Positions 9,779-19,475 of a stretch of DNA of 64,000 nucleotides are shown here, piece by piece. This DNA is from a virus. Taxonomy: Duplodnaviria; Caudoviricetes. The DNA is taken from the IMG/VR virus record IMGVR_UViG_3300025120_010521; one strand, written 5' to 3'. Within the stretch, counting starts at the first letter, position 1. Every line of letters begins with the position of its first letter. The notes under the pieces are model-generated. The model had not been told where the DNA came from. It was given only the letters and a program-made list of their open reading frames with translations, and searched no databases. A program made the translations under genes and the position numbers.

Positions 9779-10401
9779 TGTATGTTACGTCTTTCTTGAT
9801 CATTTTCAAACCATTGTGTATTGTATTTTCTTAAACTTTTGTAAGTTTCAAACTGATCAAATCCAATATCTTTTGCTAGTGCTCTTGCTTCTTCCACTTG
9901 GTGCTCATTATAAGGAAAAACCAAATACTTCCATTTAAGGTGTGGTCTTCGATATTTAGGAACCGAGGTAATTGTATTAAGAGCCAGCATAATACTTTTC
10001 CAATCACTATTTTTTCTATATATATGATTAGTGTCTTCAAGTCCATCAATACTAAAAATAAATCTATGATAACGTGGATTCCAATTAAATGAAATAAACT
10101 CATTCCAAAATTTTTCATTTCGGTATGCACCATTTGTTTCAACTGAAAATCCTTTATTTTGAGAAATCATAAACTCCATTATTTGATTAAAGTTTGGGTG
10201 ATACAATGCATCTCCAAATGCTCCACAAAAGTTGTAACTCCAATAATTGCTATTTGATACAAATGATTTAAGGACATCAACTTTCATAAATCCAGTATTC
10301 CAGGTATTGTCTTTCCAATAAGTTCTTGGACAAGCTGGACATTTAATTGTACACTTTGTTGAAATTTCTACATCTATTGATATGTTTTTTAACTTGAACA
10401 T
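9769..10401 (-). CDS. Radical SAM protein (core domain only)
   Basis: CTIKCPAC (CX3CX2C), GAFGD, TNG, FSIDG motifs. Confidence 0.85.
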   Translation of the reverse strand: MFKLKNISIDVEISTKCTIKCPACPRTYWKDNTWNTGFMKVDVLKSFVSNSNYWSYNFCGAFGDALYHPNFNQIMEFMISQNKGFSVETNGAYRNEKFWNEFISFNWNPRYHRFIFSIDGLEDTNHIYRKNSDWKSIMLALNTITSVPKYRRPHLKWKYLVFPYNEHQVEEARALAKDIGFDQFETYKSLRKYNTQWFENDQERRNIQWQ

Positions 10402-10426
10402 ACAAGTATTTATTGGACATTATAGC

Positions 10427-10660
10427 TTAATTAAATGCAGATTCATCTAGTTTAACTAGCTTGTCATATCCACCAATACTCGATCCATCAATATAAATCT
10501 GAGGCATAGTTCTATGACCTTCACCAATTATAAACTCACGTGCTTCTGGTTGTTCTTCAATGTTAATTTCTTTAAATTCAACACCTTTATTTTTTAACCA
10601 ATTTTTTGCTTGTACACAATATCCACACATGTTTTTACTATATACTATTACTTCTTTCAT
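10427..10660 (-). CDS. Glutaredoxin (GrxC-like)
   Basis: CGYC active site, TMPQI, IGGYD. Confidence 0.92.
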   Translation of the reverse strand: MKEVIVYSKNMCGYCVQAKNWLKNKGVEFKEINIEEQPEAREFIIGEGHRTMPQIYIDGSSIGGYDKLVKLDESAFN

Positions 10661-10662
10661 TA

Positions 10663-11766
10663 TTATTTTCCTTCTTTAGCAAATTTAAATTCTTTTAGTT
10701 TCACATCAAAAGTTATAAACTTGCCATCTCTATAAACTTTAACTTTTAATGTATCGCCAATATCATTATACCATAATTGTTTAATAATGTCAAGTGATCC
10801 AATAACTTCTTCGCCACCTACTGAAACTATCACATCATCAGATTTTAATCCTGCTACAAAGGCCGCTCCGTCTTCTGGTGTTTTATCAACTTTAACAACT
10901 GAGCTTATTCCTTTATCTAATAATTCTTGTCTTTCTTCCAGTGTTTCAACTGCTTTCATATGTATGCCAATTGCTGGATATGTTACATATCCTTTTTCTA
11001 TAATTTGATCAACTGATCTTTTTGCTAAATCTGAAGGAACTGAAAATCCAACTCCTGAGAAAGATCCAGTTCTTGAAAATAATAATGTGTTTACTCCAAT
11101 AACTTCTCCACACATATTAAATAATGGACCTCCAGAGTTACCTTGATTAATAACTGTATCAGATTGATTATATGTAATCATAGGTTTTGTAGTATCTGGT
11201 CGTCTATCTTTATAACTTATAATTCCTTTTGTAACTGCCCACGGCATACTTAACCCGTGACCAATTGCGATAACATCTTCACCTATTTCTAATTTTTCAC
11301 TATCTCCCCATTTAACAAATTTTGTTGGACCTTCTGGATTAATTCTTATTACGGCAATATCAGCAATTTCATCTACACCTACTATTTCTGCTTCGCTATA
11401 TTCTAAAGGAGATTCCCAATAGTATATTCTTAGACTAGATGCATTTTTTACAACGTGTGCATTAGTAACAATGTATCCATTATCATTAATAAAAAAACCT
11501 GTTCCTACTCCTGCTGATGGTTGCGGAAGACTAGGCATTAATCCACCAAATTCGCTTTCTTCTCCAGTGTCTAAAGTTCTTTCCATATAAATGTATACAA
11601 CACTAGGAATAGTTTCTGCAACTATTTCAGGTGTTGTGTTATACATACAAGAGTTATATACAAATGTATTTGGATTATTGTCGTCATCATATGATGCTAG
11701 TGCATTAGTCGTAAATAATAATACCATTGCCATTAGTGCTGGTATTACATTAAAAATTTTATTCAT
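10663..11766 (-). CDS. degP: HtrA/DegP-family periplasmic serine protease, one PDZ
   Basis: Signal peptide, GTGF, TNAHV, DIAV, GNSGGPL, C-terminal PDZ. Confidence 0.9.
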   Translation of the reverse strand: MNKIFNVIPALMAMVLLFTTNALASYDDDNNPNTFVYNSCMYNTTPEIVAETIPSVVYIYMERTLDTGEESEFGGLMPSLPQPSAGVGTGFFINDNGYIVTNAHVVKNASSLRIYYWESPLEYSEAEIVGVDEIADIAVIRINPEGPTKFVKWGDSEKLEIGEDVIAIGHGLSMPWAVTKGIISYKDRRPDTTKPMITYNQSDTVINQGNSGGPLFNMCGEVIGVNTLLFSRTGSFSGVGFSVPSDLAKRSVDQIIEKGYVTYPAIGIHMKAVETLEERQELLDKGISSVVKVDKTPEDGAAFVAGLKSDDVIVSVGGEEVIGSLDIIKQLWYNDIGDTLKVKVYRDGKFITFDVKLKEFKFAKEGK

Positions 11767-11774
11767 GATATCTC

Positions 11775-11981
11775 CTAGAATGTTCCTGCGTCAACTGGCT
11801 GTCGATCATTTGATTCCACCGTTGGTACTTGAACAGTATTTTGCTCTTTTAATAGTAATTGGTTGAGCTCACACATTATCTCAATAGCTTCTTGCTGAGT
11901 CAACCGAATTTCTTTACTACCTGTTTTTTGTAAATGAATTATTCTGTTACAGAAATTCTTAATATTATCATACTGTGCCAT
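11775..11981 (-). CDS. Hypothetical protein
   Basis: ORF in co-directional array. Confidence 0.6.
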   Translation of the reverse strand: MAQYDNIKNFCNRIIHLQKTGSKEIRLTQQEAIEIMCELNQLLLKEQNTVQVPTVESNDRQPVDAGTF

Positions 11982-12483
11982 GTGTGTGCTTTCGTTCTCG
12001 CTTTTTATTATTTATGTTGATATTCATTTCCATTTCTGAGTGGAAAGGACCAACATACGAGATTGCACCTTCTAGCAAAGTGTTTAATTTAGGGTTAAAA
12101 GAGGGTACCCAGCCTTTTGAAAACTCAATACCATAATAGCCTGCACTGTATTTTACATTAGATTTAGGTGTTTTAGTGTATGTAGGAAGTAATTTATACT
12201 TTTCTACATTATAAGGTTGTACAGGAGTAGAATATCCATCAACATCAAAGTCACCTTGCACTGGTTGTTCTGCTAGTGATTTGCTATTAACTTTTAACGG
12301 ATCTTCTCCTAAAAATTCAATTACATTATTATAAGAGTCAAAATCTTTTCGATCTTTTTCTAACAATACTTGCCACATATTATTTGCATGTCTCATAGTG
12401 CCAATCTTTTGCTCATTGGCTTCTAAGATCCAAAACGAATCTTTAATTATTTGTTTGGCTTTCAACAATTTTGTATCCTGCAT
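11968..12483 (-). CDS. Hypothetical phage protein
   Basis: ORF overlapping the RNase H 3' end. Confidence 0.65.
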   Translation of the reverse strand: MQDTKLLKAKQIIKDSFWILEANEQKIGTMRHANNMWQVLLEKDRKDFDSYNNVIEFLGEDPLKVNSKSLAEQPVQGDFDVDGYSTPVQPYNVEKYKLLPTYTKTPKSNVKYSAGYYGIEFSKGWVPSFNPKLNTLLEGAISYVGPFHSEMEMNININNKKRERKHTHGTV

Positions 12484-13435
12484 TTAAGTATTGTGCATGA
12501 TCAGTTGGCTGTTCAGCTAATTTTGTTAAGCCATACTTTGCACAAAACTTCATAAAACGTATTCCAACTTGATCAATATGTTTTGGATTCTGTGCTTTTA
12601 ATATTTCTGCAAATACTTTAGTTCTAATTTCTTCTGGTTGTTTAGTTAAATCAATTAACTTCTTATTTCTTTCATAGCATTCTTTTACTCTATGTTCTAC
12701 ACCATTATGGTCTGTCCAACGTTGTAACATCATGTTATTCCAAACAAATCCCTGATTATCTCTATCAGCAAATGCTTCTTCAAGTTTAGTTTTACGTACT
12801 TTTGGATATGCTGAAAAAACATTGTCTGTTGAGTCACCTCTCATACATTTTTCAAACAATAACCACTCTGGATTAGGTGGTAACTTTGTTTCACCTGTTT
12901 TTTTATCTATAATAGGACGATCTTTTTCATCATAAAAACCATTTGCTGTAACAATTTGATTTGCTACTCCGTTATATAAAGAGATGTTTTGATTTATTAA
13001 CTGATAAAAATCTGAGTCTGATGATATAATAATGTGCTTATCATTTGGATGTGCTTGTGTCCATAACGCAATTAAATCGTCTGCTTCTGATGTTGGTTCA
13101 CGCAATACAGAACAGTTTGTATTTTCTTTTACAAATGTACAAAAATGATCAAATGCTTCCCACCAAAAATCATCTTCTTCTTTTTCACGTTCAGTTCTTT
13201 TGTCAAGTACAACTGCACGATTCTTTTTATATGGTTCGTAAAAATCTTTACGCCAACTACGTCCTTCTAAACAGAATACAACGTGTGATCCTGAAAACAT
13301 TGTGTTGGCTTTTTTAAGTGAATTAAAAAGAATGTGAAATGCCAAACTGATCTTTGTATCTAGGTCAGTTCCTCTACTAGAAACATGTCTAGCCCTAAAA
13401 AATGTGTTTGCTGTATCTACTAATATATATGTCAC
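12443..13435 (-). CDS. rnh: T4-type RNase H / 5'-3' exonuclease (FEN-like)
   Basis: LVDTAN, WRKDFYEPYK, EADDLIA, SSDSDFYQL, GDSTDNV. Confidence 0.88.
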   Translation of the reverse strand: MTYILVDTANTFFRARHVSSRGTDLDTKISLAFHILFNSLKKANTMFSGSHVVFCLEGRSWRKDFYEPYKKNRAVVLDKRTEREKEEDDFWWEAFDHFCTFVKENTNCSVLREPTSEADDLIALWTQAHPNDKHIIISSDSDFYQLINQNISLYNGVANQIVTANGFYDEKDRPIIDKKTGETKLPPNPEWLLFEKCMRGDSTDNVFSAYPKVRKTKLEEAFADRDNQGFVWNNMMLQRWTDHNGVEHRVKECYERNKKLIDLTKQPEEIRTKVFAEILKAQNPKHIDQVGIRFMKFCAKYGLTKLAEQPTDHAQYLNAGYKIVESQTNN

Positions 13436-13854
13436 GAATATTCTACTTTGCCATCTTTGAGTTCAGTTTTAGAAATTTTTTCTCTGTTTTCTTGTTGTGC
13501 TTTTAATTCTTCAAACACATCTTGGTCCATGGTTTCTAAAACAATGCCTCGGCAAAGATCATCAAACCATTTGTTAACAATTTCGTCATCTGTTACACCT
13601 GTGTAATTATTTTTAGATAACATATCAATAAATGATTGATTCCAGTCTAACTCAAAGTATCCTTTCTTTGGGTTCTCTGGATCAAAGTTCGTATTCAATA
13701 CAGTCACAAAAGGCTTGTTATCTATATCAGCAAGTTTCTTATCAAGTTCTGTACCTGATAATTCATGATGTGCTTTGGCACGTTCTTTGTCCTTGCCTTT
13801 TAGTAACCATCCTTTTGGATTTAAGTTAAATGGTATTTTATTTTTCTTTTTCAT
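13432..13854 (-). CDS. Hypothetical phage protein
   Basis: ORF coupled to rnh (ATGA overlap). Confidence 0.65.
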   Translation of the reverse strand: MKKKNKIPFNLNPKGWLLKGKDKERAKAHHELSGTELDKKLADIDNKPFVTVLNTNFDPENPKKGYFELDWNQSFIDMLSKNNYTGVTDDEIVNKWFDDLCRGIVLETMDQDVFEELKAQQENREKISKTELKDGKVEYS

Positions 13855-13906
13855 TTTTTATTGTCTTTTCTATGGGAAATATAATTACATTATCAAATTT
13901 AAGCAT
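13838..13906 (-). CDS. Micro-ORF (22 aa) MLKFDNVIIFPIEKTIKNEKEK
   Basis: GGAG SD upstream, directly below the promoter at 13941-13968. Confidence 0.4.
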   Translation of the reverse strand: MLKFDNVIIFPIEKTIKNEKEK

Positions 13907-13940
13907 TTCTATTCTCCATTTTAAGTATTCTATATAAGTC

Positions 13941-13968
13941 ATTATAACATATTTAGCGGTAATGTCAA
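13941..13968 (-). promoter_or_regulatory. Sigma70-like promoter
   Basis: TTGACA-N16-TATAAT with TGn extended -10. Confidence 0.7.
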
Positions 13969-14333
13969 GTGGTCTTTTGAAGAAATCTTTCACTTAAATC
14001 TCTTAATTCATCGTGTGTAAATGAACTTTTCCAAGTATTTGCTTTGTGTGTTAATAGTTGAATATTGTCTACTGTATATCCTTTTGTTGGATCTATCCTA
14101 TCAATTGTACACGATTGTGGGTTACACCATTTATTTTGCCATTTTCCTCCTCCACGTACAAATTCTAAATCATCTCCAGTTATAGCACATTTCCAATTTT
14201 GTTTTTGGCCAATATTATATACATCAATTTTAGTTATTTCACTTGACCAAGATTTTTGGCCTCTGTTCTTAGCACGACTGATATTCTGTTGGATAAATTT
14301 TAATTTAGTACTATCCATATTAGCAATGTGCAA
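13965..14333 (-). CDS. HNH/His-Me finger endonuclease-like protein
   Basis: KCAITG...TIDRIDPTKGYTVDNIQLLTHKANTWK. Confidence 0.7.
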   Translation of the reverse strand: MHIANMDSTKLKFIQQNISRAKNRGQKSWSSEITKIDVYNIGQKQNWKCAITGDDLEFVRGGGKWQNKWCNPQSCTIDRIDPTKGYTVDNIQLLTHKANTWKSSFTHDELRDLSERFLQKTT

Positions 14334-14940
14334 TAGGATCGTGTGTAAGATTAGACATCTGTTCTAATCTAGTTGTTGGATATTTGTCTCTGTTTTTAAG
14401 AAATTCTTCGTGATGTATCATTTTACCATTAACAAGGAATCCCCAATGATCACCTTCTGTTTTTTTACCCATAAAAAATATACTCCAACAAGGAATTTCA
14501 TTGCCATTTTCATCTTTGGCTAATTCTAAATAGTGTAAATCTTCTGCTTTTCTAAATCTTATACTGCCAGGACCCCTCCAAAATTTACCTTTAGGAGTAT
14601 GTTCCCAATATCCACCTTTTAATATTATAGCACCCCAATTCCAAGGATGACTATGTAGTATTGGTTCATCACCTAACATCACTTTGTGTAATGTAAAGTT
14701 AAAAGGAAAGTTTTTTCTATCTTTTAAAAACAAATAGTATCTCACAAGATACTCTCGTGTATTATCTCTGTTGTAAATAATTCTTTTTCTATCTTTAAAT
14801 AATGTTGATATCAATAACACTGCAAATACTCCCACACATGCAATAAACATAATTGTTGTTTTAAATACCTTGACAACTGTTTCTGCTACATCTACTTTTG
14901 AAACTATTTCTTCTGCTTTAAACCAAATATCTTTGATCAT
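14320..14940 (-). CDS. Cupin-like phage protein with N-terminal TM
   Basis: LHSHPW...GGYWEH...LHYLEL cupin-type His pattern. Confidence 0.55.
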   Translation of the reverse strand: MIKDIWFKAEEIVSKVDVAETVVKVFKTTIMFIACVGVFAVLLISTLFKDRKRIIYNRDNTREYLVRYYLFLKDRKNFPFNFTLHKVMLGDEPILHSHPWNWGAIILKGGYWEHTPKGKFWRGPGSIRFRKAEDLHYLELAKDENGNEIPCWSIFFMGKKTEGDHWGFLVNGKMIHHEEFLKNRDKYPTTRLEQMSNLTHDPIAHC

Positions 14941-15863
14941 GTTCCTATCGCATTACCAAAAAGATAAACGTGAACTCTCGCCGCGACATTGTAACCACGT
15001 TTGAAAGCCTTTTCGGCAACCTTTCCTGCACCTGCTGTTTGTTCTTCTTCTCTTGCACCTGTAGGCATAACCCATACTGGCCAATCAACACCTTGTGCTT
15101 TAAAAAGTTTAATTACTTCTTCCATTTCTTCCCACTCTCTATCATCAGGACCTACCACAAACTTTAATTGTCCTTTGCTAGAAAGTTTTCTATACTCTGC
15201 CACAATCTCAGGCTTGATTGCTTTTTCTCTTTTCTCACCGGATACTGTAAACAGTTTAGGACTACAACTAAAGAATATTTCTGTATCAATTCTGTTAACC
15301 CAATCAATAAATGGTTGTCTAAGTTTTTGTGTGCCATTAGTTTCAAATGTCATCGATCCAGGCAAGTTACCTTGTCTTTCAAGTTCTTCATATATGCCTA
15401 TGGTTGCTGTTTGTCCTGTAACCATTAATGGCTCTCCACCTGTGATACACAAATGTTGACTTTGTCCTGTTACTGGGTGTTTAAATAATCCTTGTGGATT
15501 ACTTTCATTCTTCATTATATCAACTATTTTGTTTGCCATCACAGTTGGTGTTTCTTGACCCATCAGCTCTTTAAACTTCTTAGCCCATGTGTAACTTGAA
15601 TCACAACCTTTGTCCCAAACAGGCAAGTCTTCAACTTTGTCTACACTAGATACATCAAAATTTTCAAATGGCAAATCATATGTGTCTGGGTTGGTTGGAT
15701 CTATTTGCCCAAACCCATTGCATTGCAAATTGCACAAGAAGAAACGTATCCATGCTGTTGGAACACCTGTGTAATGTCCTTCACCTTGAATACTGTGAAA
15801 TATTTCAGAATAATAGAACTTCTTTTCTACAGTTTTACCAAACTCATGTTGTGCTAATGCCAT
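14937..15863 (-). CDS. queE: 7-carboxy-7-deazaguanine synthase QueE-like radical SAM enzyme
   Basis: EIFHSIQGEG, IRFFLCNLQC...CDSSYTW, ITGGEPL, ETNGT, CSPK. Confidence 0.8.
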   Translation of the reverse strand: MALAQHEFGKTVEKKFYYSEIFHSIQGEGHYTGVPTAWIRFFLCNLQCNGFGQIDPTNPDTYDLPFENFDVSSVDKVEDLPVWDKGCDSSYTWAKKFKELMGQETPTVMANKIVDIMKNESNPQGLFKHPVTGQSQHLCITGGEPLMVTGQTATIGIYEELERQGNLPGSMTFETNGTQKLRQPFIDWVNRIDTEIFFSCSPKLFTVSGEKREKAIKPEIVAEYRKLSSKGQLKFVVGPDDREWEEMEEVIKLFKAQGVDWPVWVMPTGAREEEQTAGAGKVAEKAFKRGYNVAARVHVYLFGNAIGT

Positions 15864-15887
15864 ATTATATACTCCATTATACTACCT

Positions 15888-15915
15888 ATTATATAGTATT
15901 TAGGCAATATGTCAA
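15888..15915 (-). promoter_or_regulatory. Sigma70-like promoter upstream of queE
   Basis: TTGACA-N16-TATAAT. Confidence 0.65.
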
Positions 15916-16463
15916 CCGCTATGTTCTTCTAGATATTCTAACATTTTTTCAGGTGTTGACTCAATATATGGATCATCGTCCTCTCCGTCATTGTTGATTC
16001 CTGGTTCTTGCCACCATTTTTCAACAATACCATCGTTGATTACTGCCATATATCTCCAACTACGCATTCCAAACCCTAAATGGTTTTTACCAACTAGCAT
16101 ACCCATAAAACGTGTAAAGTTAGCAGATCCATCTGGAATAACTTTTACGTTATTAATATGTTGCTGTCTTGCCCATGCGTTCATTACAAATGAATCATTT
16201 ACACTCATACAGTAAATTTCGTCAATTCCTAATAATCGAATAGTATCATAATTTTCTTCAAACCCTGGAAGTTGTTTCGAAGAACAGGTAGGTGTAAATG
16301 CACCAGGTAAGCTGAATAGTACTACTCTCTTATTTTTAAAATAATGGTCTGTAGTTTTATCTACCCAAACTCCGCCAATAGCACAACCACTGCCTTGTGT
16401 TTCTTCTTCATCGCCTTCTCTAGTTCTAAATGTTACTTTTGGTATTTTCAAGCCTTGTCTCAT
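15912..16463 (-). CDS. Peroxiredoxin (Prx5/type II)
   Basis: SLPGAFTPTCS, SVNDSFVM, GMRSWRY; start revised to MRQGLK at 16463 (GGAG SD). Confidence 0.92.
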   Translation of the reverse strand: MRQGLKIPKVTFRTREGDEEETQGSGCAIGGVWVDKTTDHYFKNKRVVLFSLPGAFTPTCSSKQLPGFEENYDTIRLLGIDEIYCMSVNDSFVMNAWARQQHINNVKVIPDGSANFTRFMGMLVGKNHLGFGMRSWRYMAVINDGIVEKWWQEPGINNDGEDDDPYIESTPEKMLEYLEEHSG

Positions 16464-16489
16464 GCTCCTCTCCTTTATTGTTTGACTAT

Positions 16490-17002
16490 CTATATAGCCC
16501 ACCACTCTTCCCATGGATATACTATCCATTGAGGATGGTCGATTTTATTGATGAACTTTGATACATAATCAACATCACCAAATTTGCTTGGTTCATTTTC
16601 AACCAATACTGCAAATCTTATATTGTCTTCCCAATTAATTTCTGACTTGTTGTTTTTAATAATTTTACCACTGTTATTCCAATCTTGTTTAATCCAAGAT
16701 AATGTTTCACCGGTATCGTTAATGTCGTCAACGATTAAAATCTTTTTACCATCAAGGGCATCTTGGGCCATCCACTTATTTGATTCTGGTTGAACAGCAT
16801 GATCTCGTAATTTAATTTCTAATGTATGCATTGGCACTTCAAAGTAATGACTTATCATTGTTGCAGGAATTAATCCACCTCGTGTTAATCCTACTATGTA
16901 GTCTGGTTTAAATCCATCACCGTCAACTGCAATTTGTTGGATAACATCTGATGTCATATCTTCAATGTCTTGCCAACTATAATAAATTTTTTTATCTGCC
17001 AT
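16490..17002 (-). CDS. Purine phosphoribosyltransferase (Gpt/Hpt-like)
   Basis: GLTRGGLIPA, LIVDDINDTGET PRPP loop, WIVYPWE. Confidence 0.85.
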   Translation of the reverse strand: MADKKIYYSWQDIEDMTSDVIQQIAVDGDGFKPDYIVGLTRGGLIPATMISHYFEVPMHTLEIKLRDHAVQPESNKWMAQDALDGKKILIVDDINDTGETLSWIKQDWNNSGKIIKNNKSEINWEDNIRFAVLVENEPSKFGDVDYVSKFINKIDHPQWIVYPWEEWWAI

Positions 17003-17405
17003 CTGTTACCCTTTTCCTTAAATCTGTAGTGCTGAATCTGTGATCTCTTGTATTAAAATACAGTTCAATACCACGTTGGTTACAAGCATCTTTGCCTGTA
17101 AAATCTTTTTCTTTATATTCTTTACCTAATATTCTAACATCAATTGGTAAAGTTTGCAAGATATCAATTACATCTTTTTCTGTTTGATAAGGAACTACTT
17201 CGTCTATATATTCAACTGCTTTTAATTGTAGATACCTTTCAAACATTGTTTGAATTGGTTTATTTTTAGTATCTGGCCTATCAATTGTTGGATCGCTTTG
17301 TAGACCAACAATTAAATAATCACATTGACCTTTTGCTTCACGCAACATAGAAATATGACCTGCATGTAACAAGTCAAATGTACTAAATGTTATTCCTACT
17401 TTCAT
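16992..17405 (-). CDS. tagD: Glycerol-3-phosphate cytidylyltransferase-like (TagD family)
   Basis: FDLLHAGH, ER, G.EY, HRFSTT motifs. Confidence 0.85.
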   Translation of the reverse strand: MKVGITFSTFDLLHAGHISMLREAKGQCDYLIVGLQSDPTIDRPDTKNKPIQTMFERYLQLKAVEYIDEVVPYQTEKDVIDILQTLPIDVRILGKEYKEKDFTGKDACNQRGIELYFNTRDHRFSTTDLRKRVTDGR

Positions 17406-18180
17406 CTTTTACCTTATTATTTTTTACTGCTTGATTTAAATGAAGCCAAAAATTATTATATTCTACTGCTTCTTTTATCACAGACAATCCAACTTCATTG
17501 TTGTTTGCTGTTGTAACTAATGCATTTGTATCTTTTGGAAAACAATGTCCGCCAAAACCTCTTTCATCAGTTATGTAACTGTGGCTTTCACCTATTCGCA
17601 TATCATCTGCTACACATTCTCTCACTTTGTCAAAATTAAGATTAAGTTTTGAACACAGATCATACATTTGATTAAAGAAAGAAACTTTTGTTGCTAAGAA
17701 ACTATTTCTAAAATATTTTGATAGAATTAATTCTTCAGCACTTGCTAATTTAAATTTTAAATTTTTATTGTTGTTTGAAAAAAGTTTACTCCAAAATTCC
17801 CAGTTATCTACACTAAAATACATTGTTGTTTGTTTGTTAAAGTCTTCTATGGCTGTTTTTGCTCTCAAAAACTCTGGACTAAACGTTATGCCTTTGTTAG
17901 GATACTTTTGTTTAAGTTGTTGCCAACCTTCTAAACTAATTGTGCTTTTAATTAATATTGGCTTATCATTTGATTCATCAATGCAATCAAATACATTTTG
18001 CATATCACAAGCACCATCTTGTCTTTGTGGGGTTGATACACAAATTATTAATGCATCGTAATCTGCATCTTTAATAGTTTTATTATTGTATGCTGGATCA
18101 ACTATTGTTATTGAGTGCTCTGATAATGCTTGTTCAATTGCTTTACCAACGTACCCATATCCTGCTATAATTATTTTCAT
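17383..18180 (-). CDS. UDP-glucose/GDP-mannose dehydrogenase family, short form lacking the C-terminal domain
   Basis: GYGYVG, CVSTP, KST, PEFL, GFGGHCFPKD; start revised to MKIIIAG at 18180. Confidence 0.85.
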   Translation of the reverse strand: MKIIIAGYGYVGKAIEQALSEHSITIVDPAYNNKTIKDADYDALIICVSTPQRQDGACDMQNVFDCIDESNDKPILIKSTISLEGWQQLKQKYPNKGITFSPEFLRAKTAIEDFNKQTTMYFSVDNWEFWSKLFSNNNKNLKFKLASAEELILSKYFRNSFLATKVSFFNQMYDLCSKLNLNFDKVRECVADDMRIGESHSYITDERGFGGHCFPKDTNALVTTANNNEVGLSVIKEAVEYNNFWLHLNQAVKNNKVKDESRNNI

Positions 18181-18464
18181 CACAATATAAACAATTGTAC
18201 TAGTGCTATTGCATTCATTATTGTAAACCAACCACATAGTATTATAACAAATGCCGCTTTACGTATAACTGCACTAATTACTCCTAATGCTGATCCAACA
18301 AAATACATTGGTATAAACAATTTAGTTGCAGGATCTAAAATTGTAAATGTTAATATTGCACTTGCTGTAATTAACAAAATTGCTTCAACCATTTCACACC
18401 AAAATGCAAGTGGTGAAAAAGTATAACTATCTTTTATAAATTTTTTAACTTTTATCATATCCAT
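18180..18464 (-). CDS. Small multi-TM membrane protein
   Basis: Three hydrophobic segments. Confidence 0.65.
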   Translation of the reverse strand: MDMIKVKKFIKDSYTFSPLAFWCEMVEAILLITASAILTFTILDPATKLFIPMYFVGSALGVISAVIRKAAFVIILCGWFTIMNAIALVQLFIL

Positions 18465-18739
18465 GTCAACTTAAATAGTGTATCAATTTTCTTATCAAAT
18501 ATTTGTACAGTGATGTGTCCTGTAAGATCATCTGTTAAATCATTATGCGAATATTTCTTAAAACTGTATTTCTTTGCTGGCACACTATTATTTTTAAACC
18601 AATTAGTATACTTTTCTAATTTATTTGCTATTTGCATATCTTCCCAAACTTCATAATCAACACTATCAATAGGATGAAAAGTAAATAAGATGTGTTCACT
18701 ACGGTATGTTTTCCTTGCTGTATTAATCATTATACTCAA
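18455..18739 (-). CDS. Hypothetical protein
   Basis: ORF in array. Confidence 0.55.
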   Translation of the reverse strand: MSIMINTARKTYRSEHILFTFHPIDSVDYEVWEDMQIANKLEKYTNWFKNNSVPAKKYSFKKYSHNDLTDDLTGHITVQIFDKKIDTLFKLTWI

Positions 18740-18741
18740 CT

Positions 18742-19428
18742 CTACCTTGGAGCAAATTCTTGTTGTAATTTAATATTGTCCATAAACTCTTTTTTAGTTC
18801 CTTCAATATTTTTAAAATCACCTCTTAACACTGTGGTTTGTGTTAAACTACTGTGTGCTTTAATACCTCTGTTTTCACAGCAACCATGTGTTGCTTGTAC
18901 ATACACACCAACGTGTTCACTGCCTGTTTGCTTTTGAATTGCGTTAGCAATCATAACATTAAGTTCTTCTTGTAGTGTTCCACGTTTTGCACACCATTGT
19001 GCAATTCTTGTGTACTTGCTTAAACCTAATAGTTTAGGACCAGCAATGATACCAATGTATGCTACACCAGACACTGGCTGGTGATGATGTGAACAAACAC
19101 TTTTAAGTTCACTTCTTACAACAAGCATACCTTCATATCCATTTTCAATGTAGTTAGGAAATGCACTTGGATTAGGCATGTCTTCATATCTGCCACTCAT
19201 GATTTCGTTGATGTACATTTTTGCCATACGCCTTGCAGTATCTTTGCTGTTAGGATCTGTTTCAGTATCTATTAGTAAACTTTGTAGTACATTTTCAAAA
19301 GCAGGAACTGCCTCATCAATTAGTTGTTGTTTTTCACCTGGCTCAATATATTTAGAGATATTATCATTAGCCCAGTATCTTGTGTTGTTATCTTTTAGTC
19401 TCTGTAGAATTTTATCTTTTATTTTCAT
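18742..19428 (-). CDS. folE: GTP cyclohydrolase I
   Basis: SVCSHH, GLSKYTR, LQEE, HGCCENRG; start at second ATG (GGAG SD 7 nt upstream). Confidence 0.95.
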   Translation of the reverse strand: MKIKDKILQRLKDNNTRYWANDNISKYIEPGEKQQLIDEAVPAFENVLQSLLIDTETDPNSKDTARRMAKMYINEIMSGRYEDMPNPSAFPNYIENGYEGMLVVRSELKSVCSHHHQPVSGVAYIGIIAGPKLLGLSKYTRIAQWCAKRGTLQEELNVMIANAIQKQTGSEHVGVYVQATHGCCENRGIKAHSSLTQTTVLRGDFKNIEGTKKEFMDNIKLQQEFAPR

Positions 19429-19475
19429 TACCATTCTCCGATGTTAAGGCAGTGGATTGCCGTTAATATTTCTTA

